Origin: Azolla caroliniana
Taxonomy: Eukaryota; Plantae; Polypodiophyta
Length of the DNA stretch: 64,000 nucleotides
Direction: 5' to 3'
Assembly: GCA_043228905.1 (NCBI GenBank)
Contig: JBHGNT010000016.1
Coordinates: 17,670,001 to 17,734,000 of the forward strand
Under the pieces are notes generated by a model. It ran no database searches. It had not been told where the DNA came from and was given only the letters and a program-made list of their open reading frames with translations. Below, piece after piece: positions 28,122-41,471 of the stretch. How positions within the stretch are numbered: position 1 is the first letter of the stretch; each line of letters begins with the position of its first letter. A program made the translations under genes and the position numbers.

Positions 28122-30786
28122 GTTTTCTCTAATTTCCTCTAGTGTAGTTGGCTTAGTGTTCAATTTATTATCTGACAAATTGTTTGACCTAGAATTTGAC
28201 TTATTTTTCATGAAATTTAGGTGGAAGATGTGATTTGGAAATGCCATCAATGGTATATATTAGATATTTTATGATACCAACCAATGGATTAGTCTAGAAG
28301 ATCTGGGAGCATAGATGAATAGGTGTTTGAAGTGGACACCCTTCATTATGAGATTAATAGCTGAAATCCTCAAAGTAGAGGAGTATATCATCAATGGCCG
28401 AAGTGTTGGTAGAATATGTATGGATATTAGCGATGGATGCAAAATTCTGGATCATAGAGAAAACATTGAAATTTGATCCATCAAGTCATTTGTAACATCT
28501 TCTGCTCCGTTACATGGCATAATTATAAAGACACAATGGAAAGTGTAAGAAGTCAAATTACTCTGACAAGAAAAAAGTTAGAACATAATCAGTGTTAGTG
28601 GTCTTAAATTTCAATGATGGTTTAGGTCAAATCCATATCCTATGTTCTAGTAAAGCTTAATTATTCTCATTTATAGTTTGTATTAAACTGAGAGTGGGTG
28701 GTAAGTTTCAGAAAGGACTTTTCCTCAAATGAAACTTTTCTAAAGATAAATTAGGAATGTTCCAATGAAATGTTAACCTTCAGTATTTGTTCTGGGGATC
28801 TTAAACGTGTTTTTCAGCATTGTGTATTGAGATTCTCCATCATTCTTAGTCTGAAACTCTTTTCTTTGTTGCATATATAGATGTGGAAAGATGCCTAGGT
28901 TGGAATTTCAGTTTGTAAGCATAATTATCTTTCAGTTTCATGATAAGGTTGTAAGCGTACAAGAATTACTCTACTGTTGACAAAGGTTCCCCTTATTGGA
29001 TTTTATAGATGGGTTTCCAAAGTGTGGATCTACCTCCAATCCTAAGCACATGATCTTTGTTCACAAGAGCGATTCCATAAGACATGCAAAACATGACATT
29101 TGTCATACTCTGTCAAACCTCATTGGCATTTATAACAGGTATTGTTAGACTATTTTAATTGCTTTAGTAATACATTTTTTGCATATTTAAAATTTCACAA
29201 GTCCGCCCATAGATACTCCAATCTTCTATCTTGCAGTCCAACAATGGACCTTGGAAAATTGAATGTAGCAATGCCCAAACCAGAAAAGTAGTGGCACTGA
29301 TACTAAGGTTTGAGACGCCATATCGAACCATACATTAGTGATTTTGGCGACACTAAGATGTGAAGCCTAATGACTTGATGTGCCCTTACAAATTGCCATT
29401 TTTAAGCGAAGAAAAGCTTGATTTTTTAGCAGGTATTTTTGAAAAGAAAAAGGGCATTGTTCATCTATCCAAATGTTTTATTTGTTTGATTATGAACAAT
29501 GATATGTAGAAGGAATGTTACAATCCTAAAGTTCACATATTATTACTAGGGAAGTACAGATGACATCATCAATAAAGAGAGAGCGGCTTCAAAACAAATT
29601 GTGAAAAAGTATTTTCCACAAATTCAAAATTCCCAAACTCTTCAAATGAGTTCTTGTTTGAACAAACCATTGGGCTCATCAAATATATCAAAAGATGTAG
29701 AACAGATTTTGCCACAAAGAAGATTACGTTCCACATATTGCTCAGAGTCCTCAAAGTCTTCATATTAGCTCTGCTTTGGTACCACAATTGGGCTCATCCA
29801 ATGTTGGAAGATGCAGAACACATTTTGAAATATCAATCCTATATTAAGGCAAGGATATATGAAAACTTTATAGCACCTATTTTCCCTTCATCATGTTGGC
29901 AAACATACAATGGAAGGGTTGTCAGAAGAGACAATTAATCATACCATGCAATAAGTTTCAGAGGTTCACCATGAATATATATTAAGTACGAGGAAATCTA
30001 TTGTTAATTATATATTTCAGATTTCGGCATTGTCTATCCTGATTTAATTATCTTAAAAGCATTTCTATTATATTATAAATCGTTAAGGCAATGTCAAGAC
30101 TCGATTCTAAAAGAGTAATTTCCTACCCACAATGGGATAAGTTAGGGCAAGATAGACTTGGACTTACAAATATAGAAAAGGTCCTTTAAGTAATAACATC
30201 ATATTTTGCAAGATCCCACATGATCTAGATTTTAATACCAAAGTGGTGAGTTGTTTTCTTGAATGCACATGGGGGCAATGTTAAGATCATTGAACATACT
30301 ACAACCATTAACTTTAGAGGTTGCATATGCATAATACATAGATACATACACACATGCCATAGATCCAAGATATATAACGGATACAATAGAATAAATACGT
30401 AAATAAACATGGAATATAATATAATACATACATTCAATATAATACATACATATGAACATATGCAATACAACACAATATGTACATATACACACATGTATAA
30501 ACCATAAATGTGTCTTACGTAAGGGCATTTAAAATGAGTTGTTGCCAAAATATATATTGACACTAAGGGGTATTTTTATTAACCATTTTTTTATAAAAGG
30601 GTATCTAAAATAGCAAAAACCATACGTATAAGGGGTTTATAAAAGATGTCATGAACGCACGTGATACAACCTCTTTATATATAGTGGAGCCCCCGGGATC
30701 TAGCCCAAGGCTTAATACACCAAGAATCACTTATACCTGGTAGGGCACATTTTTGCACGTTGGCCATCCAAGGGCAACGATGGAAT

Positions 30787-31347
30787 TGTTGAGAAATTGT
30801 TGCGGAATATAAATCACAGTAAACGGATTACGCGTTGAAATACAAATTGCAGAAATACAGAAAGACAAGATGAACAGAAGTATACACAGAGGTTTACGTG
30901 GAAACCCTAAAACGGGAAAAAACCACGGGAACAGATTCTTCACTATACAAAATAGTGGATATAGAATAGTGAGAAGATTACAACACTCTCTCACGAGTGC
31001 ATCAGCCGCACAGGGCTCTTCGTGTCTGCTGTTACACACACATCTATGGCGCGTCTCTACCTTCCTCTCACACACTCACTCTCACCCTCTCTCGCTTTCT
31101 GTACACACTATTCTAACACAACTAAAAGTTTTCCCTAGTTGCATATATACTTATGCAACTTTCTGGTTATTTACATACGTGGCTCACATGGGGCTCACAT
31201 CTAGACTATTTACAATTATAGTCTCTCGAGTTGGCTATGTACACGATTCCGGTTCCTCATCAACTCGGCTCTTGTTTTCCGACTCTTCGACTGTCGGCTT
31301 TCCAAACAGTCGGATCATCCTCCCACTGGAGAGACATACACCCAATA
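30787..31347 (-). mobile_element. Solo LTR (copia-type, reversed) inside the LINE-B endonuclease
   Basis: TGTTG...CAATA termini; TSD GGAAT/GGAAC; removal restores RWNYMNVYAPN. Confidence 0.8.
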
Positions 31348-34300
31348 GGAACTACATGAATGTTTATGCTCCAAATAGTAGAACAAAAAGAGCAACATTC
31401 TGGGACTGCATCCGCCTACAAGTAGTGGGTGCGGAAGAGTGGTGCATTGGAGGGGATTTTAATATGATCGAATCCATTCACGATAGCTCCAACAACAACC
31501 CCATAGTTCTACAAGGAAGGGAACGTAAACAATGGGAGAAGCTATGTGTCCACCTTAACCTGCGAGACATCTGGCATTCTGCCAACTTCCAACAGAAAAG
31601 GGATTCTCTCCTATTCTCCCGATCAGACGGGCGGAATAGTGGACCCACCTTATCTCGCATTGACCGCATTTATGTGGGGGAGGCTCTAGAAGCGAAGGGA
31701 GGGTGGTGTCGCATAACTCCAGGCACGACTTTCTCTGACCATTACTTGATAGCTGGTCATTTTCAATTGCACCGAAAATGGGGCCCATTCCAGACTCGCA
31801 TCCCACACACTATTTACACACTTATAGATGTGAAGGACCAACTATCCAGCCAATGGTCATTACCTGTCAATGGCTCATCAGCATCAGACAAACTTTTAGC
31901 TAAATTAACAAGAGCTTCTACTCTCCTACATGAGATTGTCAAGACCAGAAGCAAGGATGCTTAGGAGAAGTGACAGAGGACAAAACGGGGATTAATAGCC
32001 TTACAACGACTCCAATAGAGATACTCGTCCTGTATTTGGATCGTAGGACAAGTCGCCACGGCCAAACAGGAACTTAGCATGGCGGAAAAGGAAATATATG
32101 ACATGGAGTTTCATGGAAGCATGGCGCGATGGATTCGAGTAGGGGACAAAACCACAAAGGAATTCTTCCGCTCCAAAGGCCCGAGGCATGCTAGAACTGT
32201 GATGCACAACCTCAACCGAGACGATGGAACAACCACTGAGGATGGCGACGAAATGAGGAATATTGCCACAAAATATTATAGCCGCCTACTTACCGAAGAC
32301 ATTATAGCTACAGGGGAAGACATAAGAGAAGATATTATCCTCCAAAGCATACCCGAGAAAGTCACGCCGGAAATGAATACCTGGCTCGTGCGTCCCCTAT
32401 CAATCATCGAGATATGGGAGGCCGTCATTGATTTAGATGTCGATAGCTGCCCCGGAATCGACGGTCTCACCCCGCACTTTTTCACATGCCTTTGGGGCAC
32501 TATTAAAGAAGACCTCCTCTAGGCATATGAGGAGATCATCACCTCTGGAAGCATTCCGGAGGAATTTGGACAGGGGATGATACATCTCATTCCTAAAAGT
32601 GGTGGGAATACCAACGACATTAGCAAGTGGCGGCCCATTACTCTTCTCAATACTGTCTATAAGTTGCTCGCAAAAATCATGGCACGCGGTTTAACTCCAC
32701 TTCTCCCTCAACTCATTCATCCATCCTAGACAGGTTTCATTAGAAATCGGAGCATCCTAGACAACCTCTTCTCATTCTGGGAAGCAGTAGCCTTTGCCAA
32801 GCGTACCAACAACAAGGTAGCAGTGGTGCTACTAGATTTTGAGAAAGCATATGACGGGGTATGCTGGAACTTTCTAGAAAGTGTGATGAGGAAACTCGGC
32901 TTTCAAAAGACATGGATCAAAGGCATTGCAAGATTTTATAGGAATGGTAGTAGTTGCGTTTCGTTGGCAGGTGAAAGGGGCCCCTTTTCCGAATATCCCA
33001 ATTTGTACGGCAGGGATGCCCACTAGCTCCATCCTTATTTCTATTATACGCTGAAGCACTCTCTTGCTTTCTCAACTCGCAGCATCTCAACCTACGTGGT
33101 CTTCCCGTACCTCATTCTCACCAAAGCATCATGGATATAGAATTTGCAGATGACACAACAGTCTACCTGCAAGGGAACTTGGAAAACCTCCAAAAGCTAG
33201 AAAGTGGGCTAGCTGTATTTTGCAAGAGATCCAACGCCATGATCAATTGGCACAAATCCTGCGCAATATGGCTCTCTCAAGAAACACATCCGGCGTGGCA
33301 CCCACACCCCGCTTTCAAATGGATCAATCAAGGAGCTAACACCAAATATTTGGGTTTCCAAATTGGTTTCAACATACCGTCGGAGACTATGATTGCACCC
33401 GTTATCCATTCCATTCGACAAAAGTTGATACATTGGAGCTCGAAAAAATTGTCGTTAGCGGGTCGCATCATAGTGGCAAATTAGGTACTACTCGCAACAA
33501 CATGGTACAATCTATCATGCTGGACAATCTGCAAGGAAAGTATACATCAGATTCAACGATTGGTCCGCAATTACATTTGGTCTGGTAAGGAAGACCATGT
33601 AGCTTGCGCCAAGGTGGCGTGGCCTATACTCATAGCGCCTTAGTCGAGAGGGGAATTGGGTCTTATTGATCCCCTTTCACAATCAAAAGCCTTACTTGCC
33701 AAATTTGTGGTGCGGGACTCCAACCATGAAATGATTGTTGGAAAATGCTATTGAGGTTATGTTTCGCTTACTTTAGGCCATGAAAAGGGGTCAACTGGGC
33801 CCCCCAAACGGGATGGATTCTAAACATGGATCTCAAACCTAGTTTCTCCCGCCAATTGGAGGATAGATTCAGTGCATCCATATGGAAGGCATGGTGTGAC
33901 ATTCGTCGAGGGCTCAAGTGTGATCAACTGAGATCCAAACCTGCCTGGCTCAATCAACATATCCTATGGAACCCATGTCTCAAGGATGCATCTAATCAAC
34001 TACTGGGATCATGTAAGGGGTTGTCATGGGGATACATTGCAGAAGGTCTAGGAAAAAGTATAGAATGTTGGCGACGGTTTATGTCAATGCCACTACAAGA
34101 TCAAGCGAACATACTCCATGGAATCAGGGGCGGATGGACTATGAGATCGGAAATCATTAACGCTCTACTGATTAGGGAATCTGCTACTCAAAGGACGACA
34201 ATGGAGAAATGGATAGGCCATGAGGAGGAGGGATCTTTGATCCCGAGAGGTAGGGGACCACCAGACAGACTCGAAGGCTCTGAATTGCGAGACACTGAGA

Positions 34301-35685
34301 CACCAACACAGAATAACGCAATTTGAGTACTTGCGTATACTGGTCATAAATGGATTGTAGATCCTGATCCGATCAACGTACAACCCGATTGGCATATATG
34401 TACTCATGAAAACACATGGCTACATAAGGTCAGTTGGGACCCTTTGCAATGGACATGGTGTGATCCCTACGCGGGGCAAGGAAGCAAACCCATCTCTTTC
34501 TTCCAATTCACAACTAGATTGGGTCGCCACATTCTAGTTGCTCAAGCTGCCCGAGAACCGGCTACTGTGAAGGTTTGGCACACATTTCAAGTTCCTTCCA
34601 CAATAATCACCAAGTTTTAGCAGGAAATCTGGAAACAACAACACGCGAGGCGAATTACCACGTTCCAATGGCTATTAATACATAAATCCCTACCGGTGGG
34701 AGATGGCAACGTGGGAACCTTAGCTCTCCTAATTGTGTAGAGTGCCCACATGCAGTAGAATCCATACGACACGCTCTGTGGGACTGCCCAACGTCCCATA
34801 GAATATGGCCGGGGGTTGGCCGCTTGTTGCAATTATGCCAGGTGCAAGGCTCAATCAAGTGGGGAAATATATGTTGGCTATCATGGCAGGTTGCAATTGG
34901 TGGATACGAGCATCAGGAGGAGGGGATGACTTTGGTGATAAAAGCACAAGAGGTCCTTTTCTCCTCCAGCAGCAATGTCCACTCCATTCCTCTTAATGCC
35001 AAATCTCAAGAGGTGTTGGAATTGGTCAACCCAATAACCCTTTGGATTCTATGGAAACAACCAAACCACACATCCAACAAGGTTACTGCAAGAGATATGG
35101 GGTGAAATTGTAGCCACTCTGAAGAGCCAATATGATGACCTTAAGGGCGGCTCCGAGGGAGTTGAAAGACAACGAATAGCCTTCATCCAACAATGATCGT
35201 CCTCTCCCTTTCTTGAGTTCGTGGGCATCCACATAAGATAGAACTATCGCGTCCCTTTAGGGATTTGTACATAATCGTCTCATTTGTAAAATTTTATAAC
35301 TAATGGAAGGAGTTTTGTTTTGGAAAAAAAAGAAGAAAAAGAAAATAAAAATAAAAATGTAGGGGTTGAACACAAGTCCTTTTGATTTGCACTTAACGAC
35401 CTTATAGTTTAAGGCACAACTGTTTATCTCTCTCATTTTGAGGAATCAAAAAGGGAAACTTCCAACATTATTTTTGTTTTGAAATCAAACATCATCTAAT
35501 AAGGCTAAGTTGCTTGTCTTCCAAAATGGTTTACCTCTAACGTGTCAAATTGTTTGATTGATTTATATGAAACTCGATGATGTTAAACAATTATATGGAA
35601 ATATAAATTTATGAATGTAATTGATGATACATTGGAGATGTTAAACAGACATAAATGGCCAGTAGACACATCGTACATTTATTTT

Positions 35686-35766
35686 CGTGGATAGTAGGAT
35701 TCAAACCTACGCGAGCGAACCCACATGATTTCTAGTCATGCCAGATAACCACTCTAACACATGCAC
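35686..35766 (-). pseudogene. Degenerate tRNA-Ser(AGA) copy
   Basis: Full-length alignment to 41472-41552, with mismatches in the stems and T-loop. Confidence 0.85.
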
Positions 35767-36491
35767 ATGAACTTTGACCACTTTGTTTTAAAATCAAATA
35801 TCATCTATAATGCTAAAAAGGTTGTCTCCCCTACAATGGTTTAACTATAATCTGTGAAATTATTTGATTGGTTTATATGAAGCTCACTAATGTTAAACAA
35901 CAATAAATGAAATAAAAATTTATAAATGTGATTGAAGATAGATTGGGGACGTTAAATAGACATAAATGGCAACTAAACTCACTATACATTCATTTTCATG
36001 GTTTAACTATAATCTGTGAAATTATTTGATTGGTTAATATGAACAGGGCCTAAAATTGACGGGTTAGTCTTAAAGTTTTTTGACGGGCATTTTTTAAAGA
36101 TGTATGTCATATGACAGAAGATTGCAAAAACTTAACATGTCATTTGACATACAGATTTTAGACATGAAAAGCTCTATGTAATGTTACATTGTTATATATT
36201 TTATTGCTATAGAAAGTACACAAATGAACATAACTACCTCACAAAGATAATGAAATACGTAAAATAAATATCATGTTTATGTTTTAAAGCCAAAGCACAA
36301 GCAAGATATTTATCAATAATCATAATCTATTCTTGCAAAGTGGATACAATAAGCATAAAAAAACATATAAATTGAATACTTAATCATCATATATTCCTTA
36401 AAGCCCAAAAAGGTACAAAAATGCTTATCATACCGTACAAAAATGCTTATCATACCGTAGCTCATCATACTAAGCATTGTGCGTTATGTGT

Positions 36492-38690
36492 CTATTTCAA
36501 TGGTACCATCCTTCTCTCTTTCTCTTCAAACCAAAGGTTAAATATATCCCTCCAACAAATGTTTGATATGTCTTGAGCATTTAAGGATATAAACATCAAA
36601 GCATCTAACGTTTCCAAAGATAAACCATTTCTAATATCATTTTTTATGATATTTTGACGTGAAAAGCCTCGTTCACATGCCGCGGTACTAATAGGAATAG
36701 TCATACATATTTGCCACAATTGCATCATACCCGGAAATAATTGCCACCAAGATTGTGCTTTGCGACAAATATCCCATGCATCGTGCATTGCTCTTCCTTT
36801 CGCAATTCTTACAAGCATATCAACAAAATCTTCTCGTTCATTTAAGCATCTTTTCATGTCAACAATTTGGTTGTCAATATTAAACTTCCCAATAAGTTTG
36901 TGCAACCATTCATTCGTCTTTTTCTCTCTTTCATTTTCCTCAATGGGATATAAAGATGGATTAAACAACTTGACAGCATTGAAAAATATGACATCTGGGA
37001 AACGATTGTTTAAGGCATCAATAACATGTTGGACAAAGGTTTTTCCAATGCTAATGCATTCATCCAAACCACCATTTTCCACATTACCATGAAACATATT
37101 CAAGTTAAAATCACTATTTTCATTCTCACTATCAGAACCACTTATTTGTCCTCTTGATCGTTTTGCTACCTTCTTTGGGTTTGGAATTGGTATAAACTTT
37201 AATGGATGTGAATGAGTAACATTATCACATCCAATATATATGAGCATGCCACCTTTCACATTAGATAGAAAGTTTGTAAGCAACATAGACCCGGTACCAA
37301 ATGTCTCACAAGATAAATAACGTCTTCGAAGTTTCTCATGGATGATATCCAAGTGAACACCAAGCATAGTTACATCCATTAATTCCCTTTGGAACACCTC
37401 ATTTAATTTATTCAATTCCACAAGAATATCTGCCAATAGATGTAACATAAATTGCACTTGAAATATAGTGGCATACTCGTACCATTTTTTCTCATGTTTT
37501 TGCCATTGTTCTAAAATGGCGGGCATAAGTGTAACTAGCCTCTCCATTACTTGGCCTCGAGATAACCATCTTATGAAGTGAATTTGAAGCACTTTCAAAT
37601 CACCCTTACTATGTTGTTTCATTATTTCTTTTAGCTCATTGTGTCTATTGGTCGACTTTCCCAACCAAGAGTATACTTTATTTGCAAATGAATCAAGGAA
37701 GCTAAAAACATGTGCATGAGACATTATATATGCATCTTTTATGGCAAGTGCTTCACGATGTGCAATGCAATGCACTCCCAAAATATTAGGCATTGTGGCT
37801 TGAAACTTAGAAATTGCACCATTCTTCTTCCCTACCATAGATGATGCCCCATCACTTGCAAAAGCCACAAGTTTTTTTAAATTTAAATTGCTCTCTAATA
37901 TGAAAGCATTGATAGAATTGTAGATAGCTTCCGCTCTCGCATTTTCCACCGAAAGAAGTCGCACAAATTTACAATGTGGCTCTCCTTTGCCACCTTCACT
38001 TAAGTACAAGATATAGATAATCAAGTGCTTTTCCAATGTGCGAACTGTGCTTTCATCAATCAAGATAGAGAAAAATGGACTTCCACGAATTTCATCATAC
38101 AAGTGATTCCTTGTGTGGTTCTTAATGGCCATTAAGAATTCCCTTGCAGAAATAGCATTAGCATAAGCACCATATTCATTTGAGGCAGGGGCATTTGGAG
38201 TACCAAGTTCTCTTTGTAATTGAACTTGTTTTGCATATTTCTCTAACGGAATATCATTGCAAGCATAAAAATGGACCAACTTCATACATAAAACTATCCT
38301 CTGATATTCTGAATGCATCATTTCTGAAATTTTTTCATCCATTGGGCCTTTCACATTTGCATTTCTATTTTGTATCTTTGCATAATGCATAGCACTTGCT
38401 ATTATGTGGTCGGATGATTTTGAATGTTCATTTAGTGAAGACAATTGTAGGCTTTGGGATCCACCATCCGTAAAAACATTGTTTTTTCTAGCATCTTCGC
38501 ACCAAATGCATTTTATTTTATCTTCACCTAGTAAGGACTTTGTCACATATGCCCATGGGTGGAGCAAAGTCCACTGGTTTCGCCACTTTCTTTTTTGTTT
38601 ATTGGAAGAGGATCTAAGCTCATTTGTGTTTGTAATAGCCTCTTCCTCATTATTGGGAGCATCATTAATATGTGGCCCCTTGCTAAACAT
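36492..38690 (-). CDS. hAT transposase (ZNF862-like, with hATC dimerisation domain); N-terminus probably extends to 38733 plus an upstream exon
   Basis: Uninterrupted 732-aa ORF: Zn-finger-like CIWC..H..S..H, IDEST, ASDGASSM, HCIAH, RWLS, TIPISTAACERGFS..RNGLSLETLDALM. Confidence 0.92.
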   Translation of the reverse strand: MFSKGPHINDAPNNEEEAITNTNELRSSSNKQKRKWRNQWTLLHPWAYVTKSLLGEDKIKCIWCEDARKNNVFTDGGSQSLQLSSLNEHSKSSDHIIASAMHYAKIQNRNANVKGPMDEKISEMMHSEYQRIVLCMKLVHFYACNDIPLEKYAKQVQLQRELGTPNAPASNEYGAYANAISAREFLMAIKNHTRNHLYDEIRGSPFFSILIDESTVRTLEKHLIIYILYLSEGGKGEPHCKFVRLLSVENARAEAIYNSINAFILESNLNLKKLVAFASDGASSMVGKKNGAISKFQATMPNILGVHCIAHREALAIKDAYIMSHAHVFSFLDSFANKVYSWLGKSTNRHNELKEIMKQHSKGDLKVLQIHFIRWLSRGQVMERLVTLMPAILEQWQKHEKKWYEYATIFQVQFMLHLLADILVELNKLNEVFQRELMDVTMLGVHLDIIHEKLRRRYLSCETFGTGSMLLTNFLSNVKGGMLIYIGCDNVTHSHPLKFIPIPNPKKVAKRSRGQISGSDSENENSDFNLNMFHGNVENGGLDECISIGKTFVQHVIDALNNRFPDVIFFNAVKLFNPSLYPIEENEREKKTNEWLHKLIGKFNIDNQIVDMKRCLNEREDFVDMLVRIAKGRAMHDAWDICRKAQSWWQLFPGMMQLWQICMTIPISTAACERGFSRQNIIKNDIRNGLSLETLDALMFISLNAQDISNICWRDIFNLWFEEKERRMVPLK

Positions 38691-38769
38691 GCTCTTTATA
38701 GACTGTTGTTGTGCTTTGTCCTTTGTTTTCCCCCTTAAAAATATTCAAATAATAGACATCTAAAAATTT

Positions 38770-40680
38770 ACTAAAAGTATTTCATTTCAATATAATACAA
38801 ACAATCAAGTTATTGTTTAGGTAATACAAAAACTATATTGTATAATATTACATAATGTGATAGATGGTAACTTACATATTTAAAATGTTGAAGCTTGAGC
38901 CTAGCCTTGAAGGATGTCTTCTTCTATTGTTGCTGCAGAATAACTACATATAAAATCAATCATTTTTAAGTGGATTGTGGAACAATAACTTGTTACCCTA
39001 GTAGTACTCACTCACCTTTTTTTTTTCTTTCCAAAAAACACTCACATATTTTCTATGCTAATAAGTTATTACTAACCTTAATTTTTTAATAAAGCATAGA
39101 TGATAGTAATGACTTAACAATAATAGAAACAATGGTAAGTAAAAGTTTTAGTTTTAACTTAAAACCTATGTACTAAAAGTATTTCATTTCAATATAATAT
39201 AAACAGTTAAGTTATTGCTTAGATAATACAAAACCTATATTGTATTATATTACATAATGTGATAGATGGTAACTTACATATTTAAAATGTTAAAGTTGGA
39301 TGGATGTATCATGTATTCTTTTATTGTTGTTGCTGAACAACTATATGTAAAATCAATCATTTTCAAGTGAAACAATAACTTGCTACCCTAATAGAAGTAC
39401 TTACTCACCTATTTTCTATATCAATAAGTTATTACTAAGTTCTAACCTTAGTTTTTTAATAAAGCATAGATGATAGTTATAACTTATTAGTAATAACTTA
39501 ATAATTATAAAAAGGATGGCTAGTAAAAGTTTTAGTTTTAACTTAAAACTTTTGTACTAAAAGTATTTCATTTCAATATAATACAAACAACCAAGTTATT
39601 AAGTAATACAAAAACTATATTGTATAAAATTAAATAATGTGATAGATGGTAACTTACCTATTTAAAATGTTGAAGCTTGAGCCTAGCCTTGAAGGATGTC
39701 TTCTTCTATTGTTGCTGCAGAACAACTACATATAAAATCAATAATTTTTAAGTGGAACAATAGCTTACTACCCTAATAGAAGTACTTACTCACTTATTTT
39801 CTATACTAATAAGTTATTACTAACCTTAATTTCTTCATAAAGCATAGATGATAGTTATTAGTAATAACTTAATAACTATAAAAAGAATGGTAACTGTTAA
39901 AAGTTTTAATTTTAACTTAAAACTTGTGTATTAAAACTATTTCATTTCAATATAATACAAACAGCCAAGTTATTGTTTAAATAATACAAAAACTATATTG
40001 TATAATATTACATAATGTAATAGATGGTAACTTGCCTATTTGAAATGTTGAAGCTTGAGCCTAGCCTTGAAGGATGTCTTCTTCTATTGTTGCTGTAGAA
40101 ATACATATGAAATCAATAATTTTTAAGTGAAACAATAGCTTGCTACCCTAATAGAAGTACTTACTCACTTATTTTCTATACTAATAAGTTATTACTAACC
40201 TTAATTTCTTCATAAAGCATAGATGATAGTTATTAGTAATAACTTAATAACTATAAAAAGGATGGTAACTATTAAAAGTTTTAATTTTAACTTAAAACTT
40301 GTGTATTAAAAGTATTTCATTTCAATATAATACAATCAGGCAAGTTATTGCTTAAGTAATACAAAAACTATATTGTATAATATTACATAATGTAATAGAT
40401 GGTAACTTACCTATTTAAAATGTTGAAGCTTAAGCCTAGCCTTGAAGGGTGTCTTCTTCTATTGTTGCTGCAGAAAAACTACATATGAAATCAATAATTT
40501 TTAAGTGGACTGTGGAAGAATAGCTTGCTACCCTAATAGAAGTACTCACCTTTGTTCTGTACTAATAAGTTATTATTAACCTTAATTTTTTAATAAAGCA
40601 TAGATAATAGTAAAATGTAATAACTTATAACTATAAGTATAAAAAGATGGTTAGTAAAATTTTTAGTTTTAAATTAAAAC
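38770..40680. repeat. AT-rich ~375-395-bp tandem repeat, five copies, inside the hAT leader
   Basis: Recurring AAAAGTATTTCATTTCAATATAATACAA..GATGGTAACTTAC..AAGCTTGAGCCTAGCCTTGAAGG. Confidence 0.9.
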
Positions 40681-41105
40681 TTAAATTAAACCTAGAGTCT
40701 AGACTCTACACTCTAGTATATTAGAATTTAAAGTATTTTTTTTTCGAAAAAAAAAGTATATTAGAGTATTTAATAAATGACTAATGTTATTGTTAAAATT
40801 TTAAATCGATTTGAGAATTTATATCATAAATCATGATTCATCATTACAATTTACAACTTACAATTTATATTTTTTATTTTAAGTGTGTTTTTAAAAAACA
40901 TATAAGATATATATATATATATATATATATATACTAGTAACTAAATACATATATATAAACTTAGAAGTTATAATATTGTCATATTAATATATATTAGACT
41001 AGACTCTTAATTCTAGGACCTAGTATATTACACACTTTATACTAGTAACTTAGTAAGTTGTAACTACATACTACACACATAGTTATAACTTATAACTTAT
41101 TAGTT

Positions 41106-41170
<65 letters not shown>

Positions 41171-41471
41171 GACATGGAAATTAGAATTTTAGCATGTCAT
41201 TTGACATGGATAATTTTTAGTGGCCTTTCATATGAAAAGGAAAATTTTATACTTTATATGTCATTTGACGGACATTTTTATTAGATGTATGTTTTTGACG
41301 GGCAAAATGGCCTTTGACGGGCATTACACCCGTCAAATTTTTGCCCTGAATATGAAGCTCACTGATGTTAAACAACAATAAATGAAATAAAAATTTATAA
41401 ATGTGATGGAAGATAGATTGGGAACGTTAAATAGACATAAATGGCAACTAAACTCATTATACATTCATTTT

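Larger units (their letters stand above)
23214..30697. mobile_element. 7.5-kb non-autonomous TIR DNA transposon (Pack-type; MULE- or hAT-like)
   Basis: TIRs CCCGGGGGCTTCACT / AGTGGAGCCCCCGGG; TSD ATCTAGCC(C), 8-9 bp; removal restores the LINE frame REHLAQGLIHQESLIPGRAHF; no transposase seen. Confidence 0.85.
20690..35353 (+). mobile_element. Full-length decayed L1-type LINE-B with three nested insertions
   Basis: 17-bp TSD AAAATGTAGGGGTTGAA at 20673-20689 and 35354-35370; A-rich tail; ORF1 CFACKKLGHLKKNC; ORF2 MKIITWNVQGL (22950), NVYAPN, GGDFN, SRIDR, SCPGIDG, LDFEKAYD, EFADDT, KYLG. Confidence 0.92.
36044..41348 (-). mobile_element. hAT DNA transposon, apparently complete
   Basis: TIRs CAGGGCCTAAAATTGACGGGT / ACCCGTCAAATTTTTGCCCTG; perfect 8-bp TSD AATATGAA; subterminal GACGGG motifs; inserted in the tRNA-array spacer. 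Confidence 0.93.

Noticed and set aside
30870-31964. 364-aa ORF as a novel gene
   Set aside because: Chance fusion of a solo LTR with the LINE-B endonuclease frame.
41390-41471. Dicistronic tRNA-snoRNA in the long tRNA trailer
   Set aside because: No convincing C box (RTGATGA), D box (CTGA) or H/ACA structure in the trailer.
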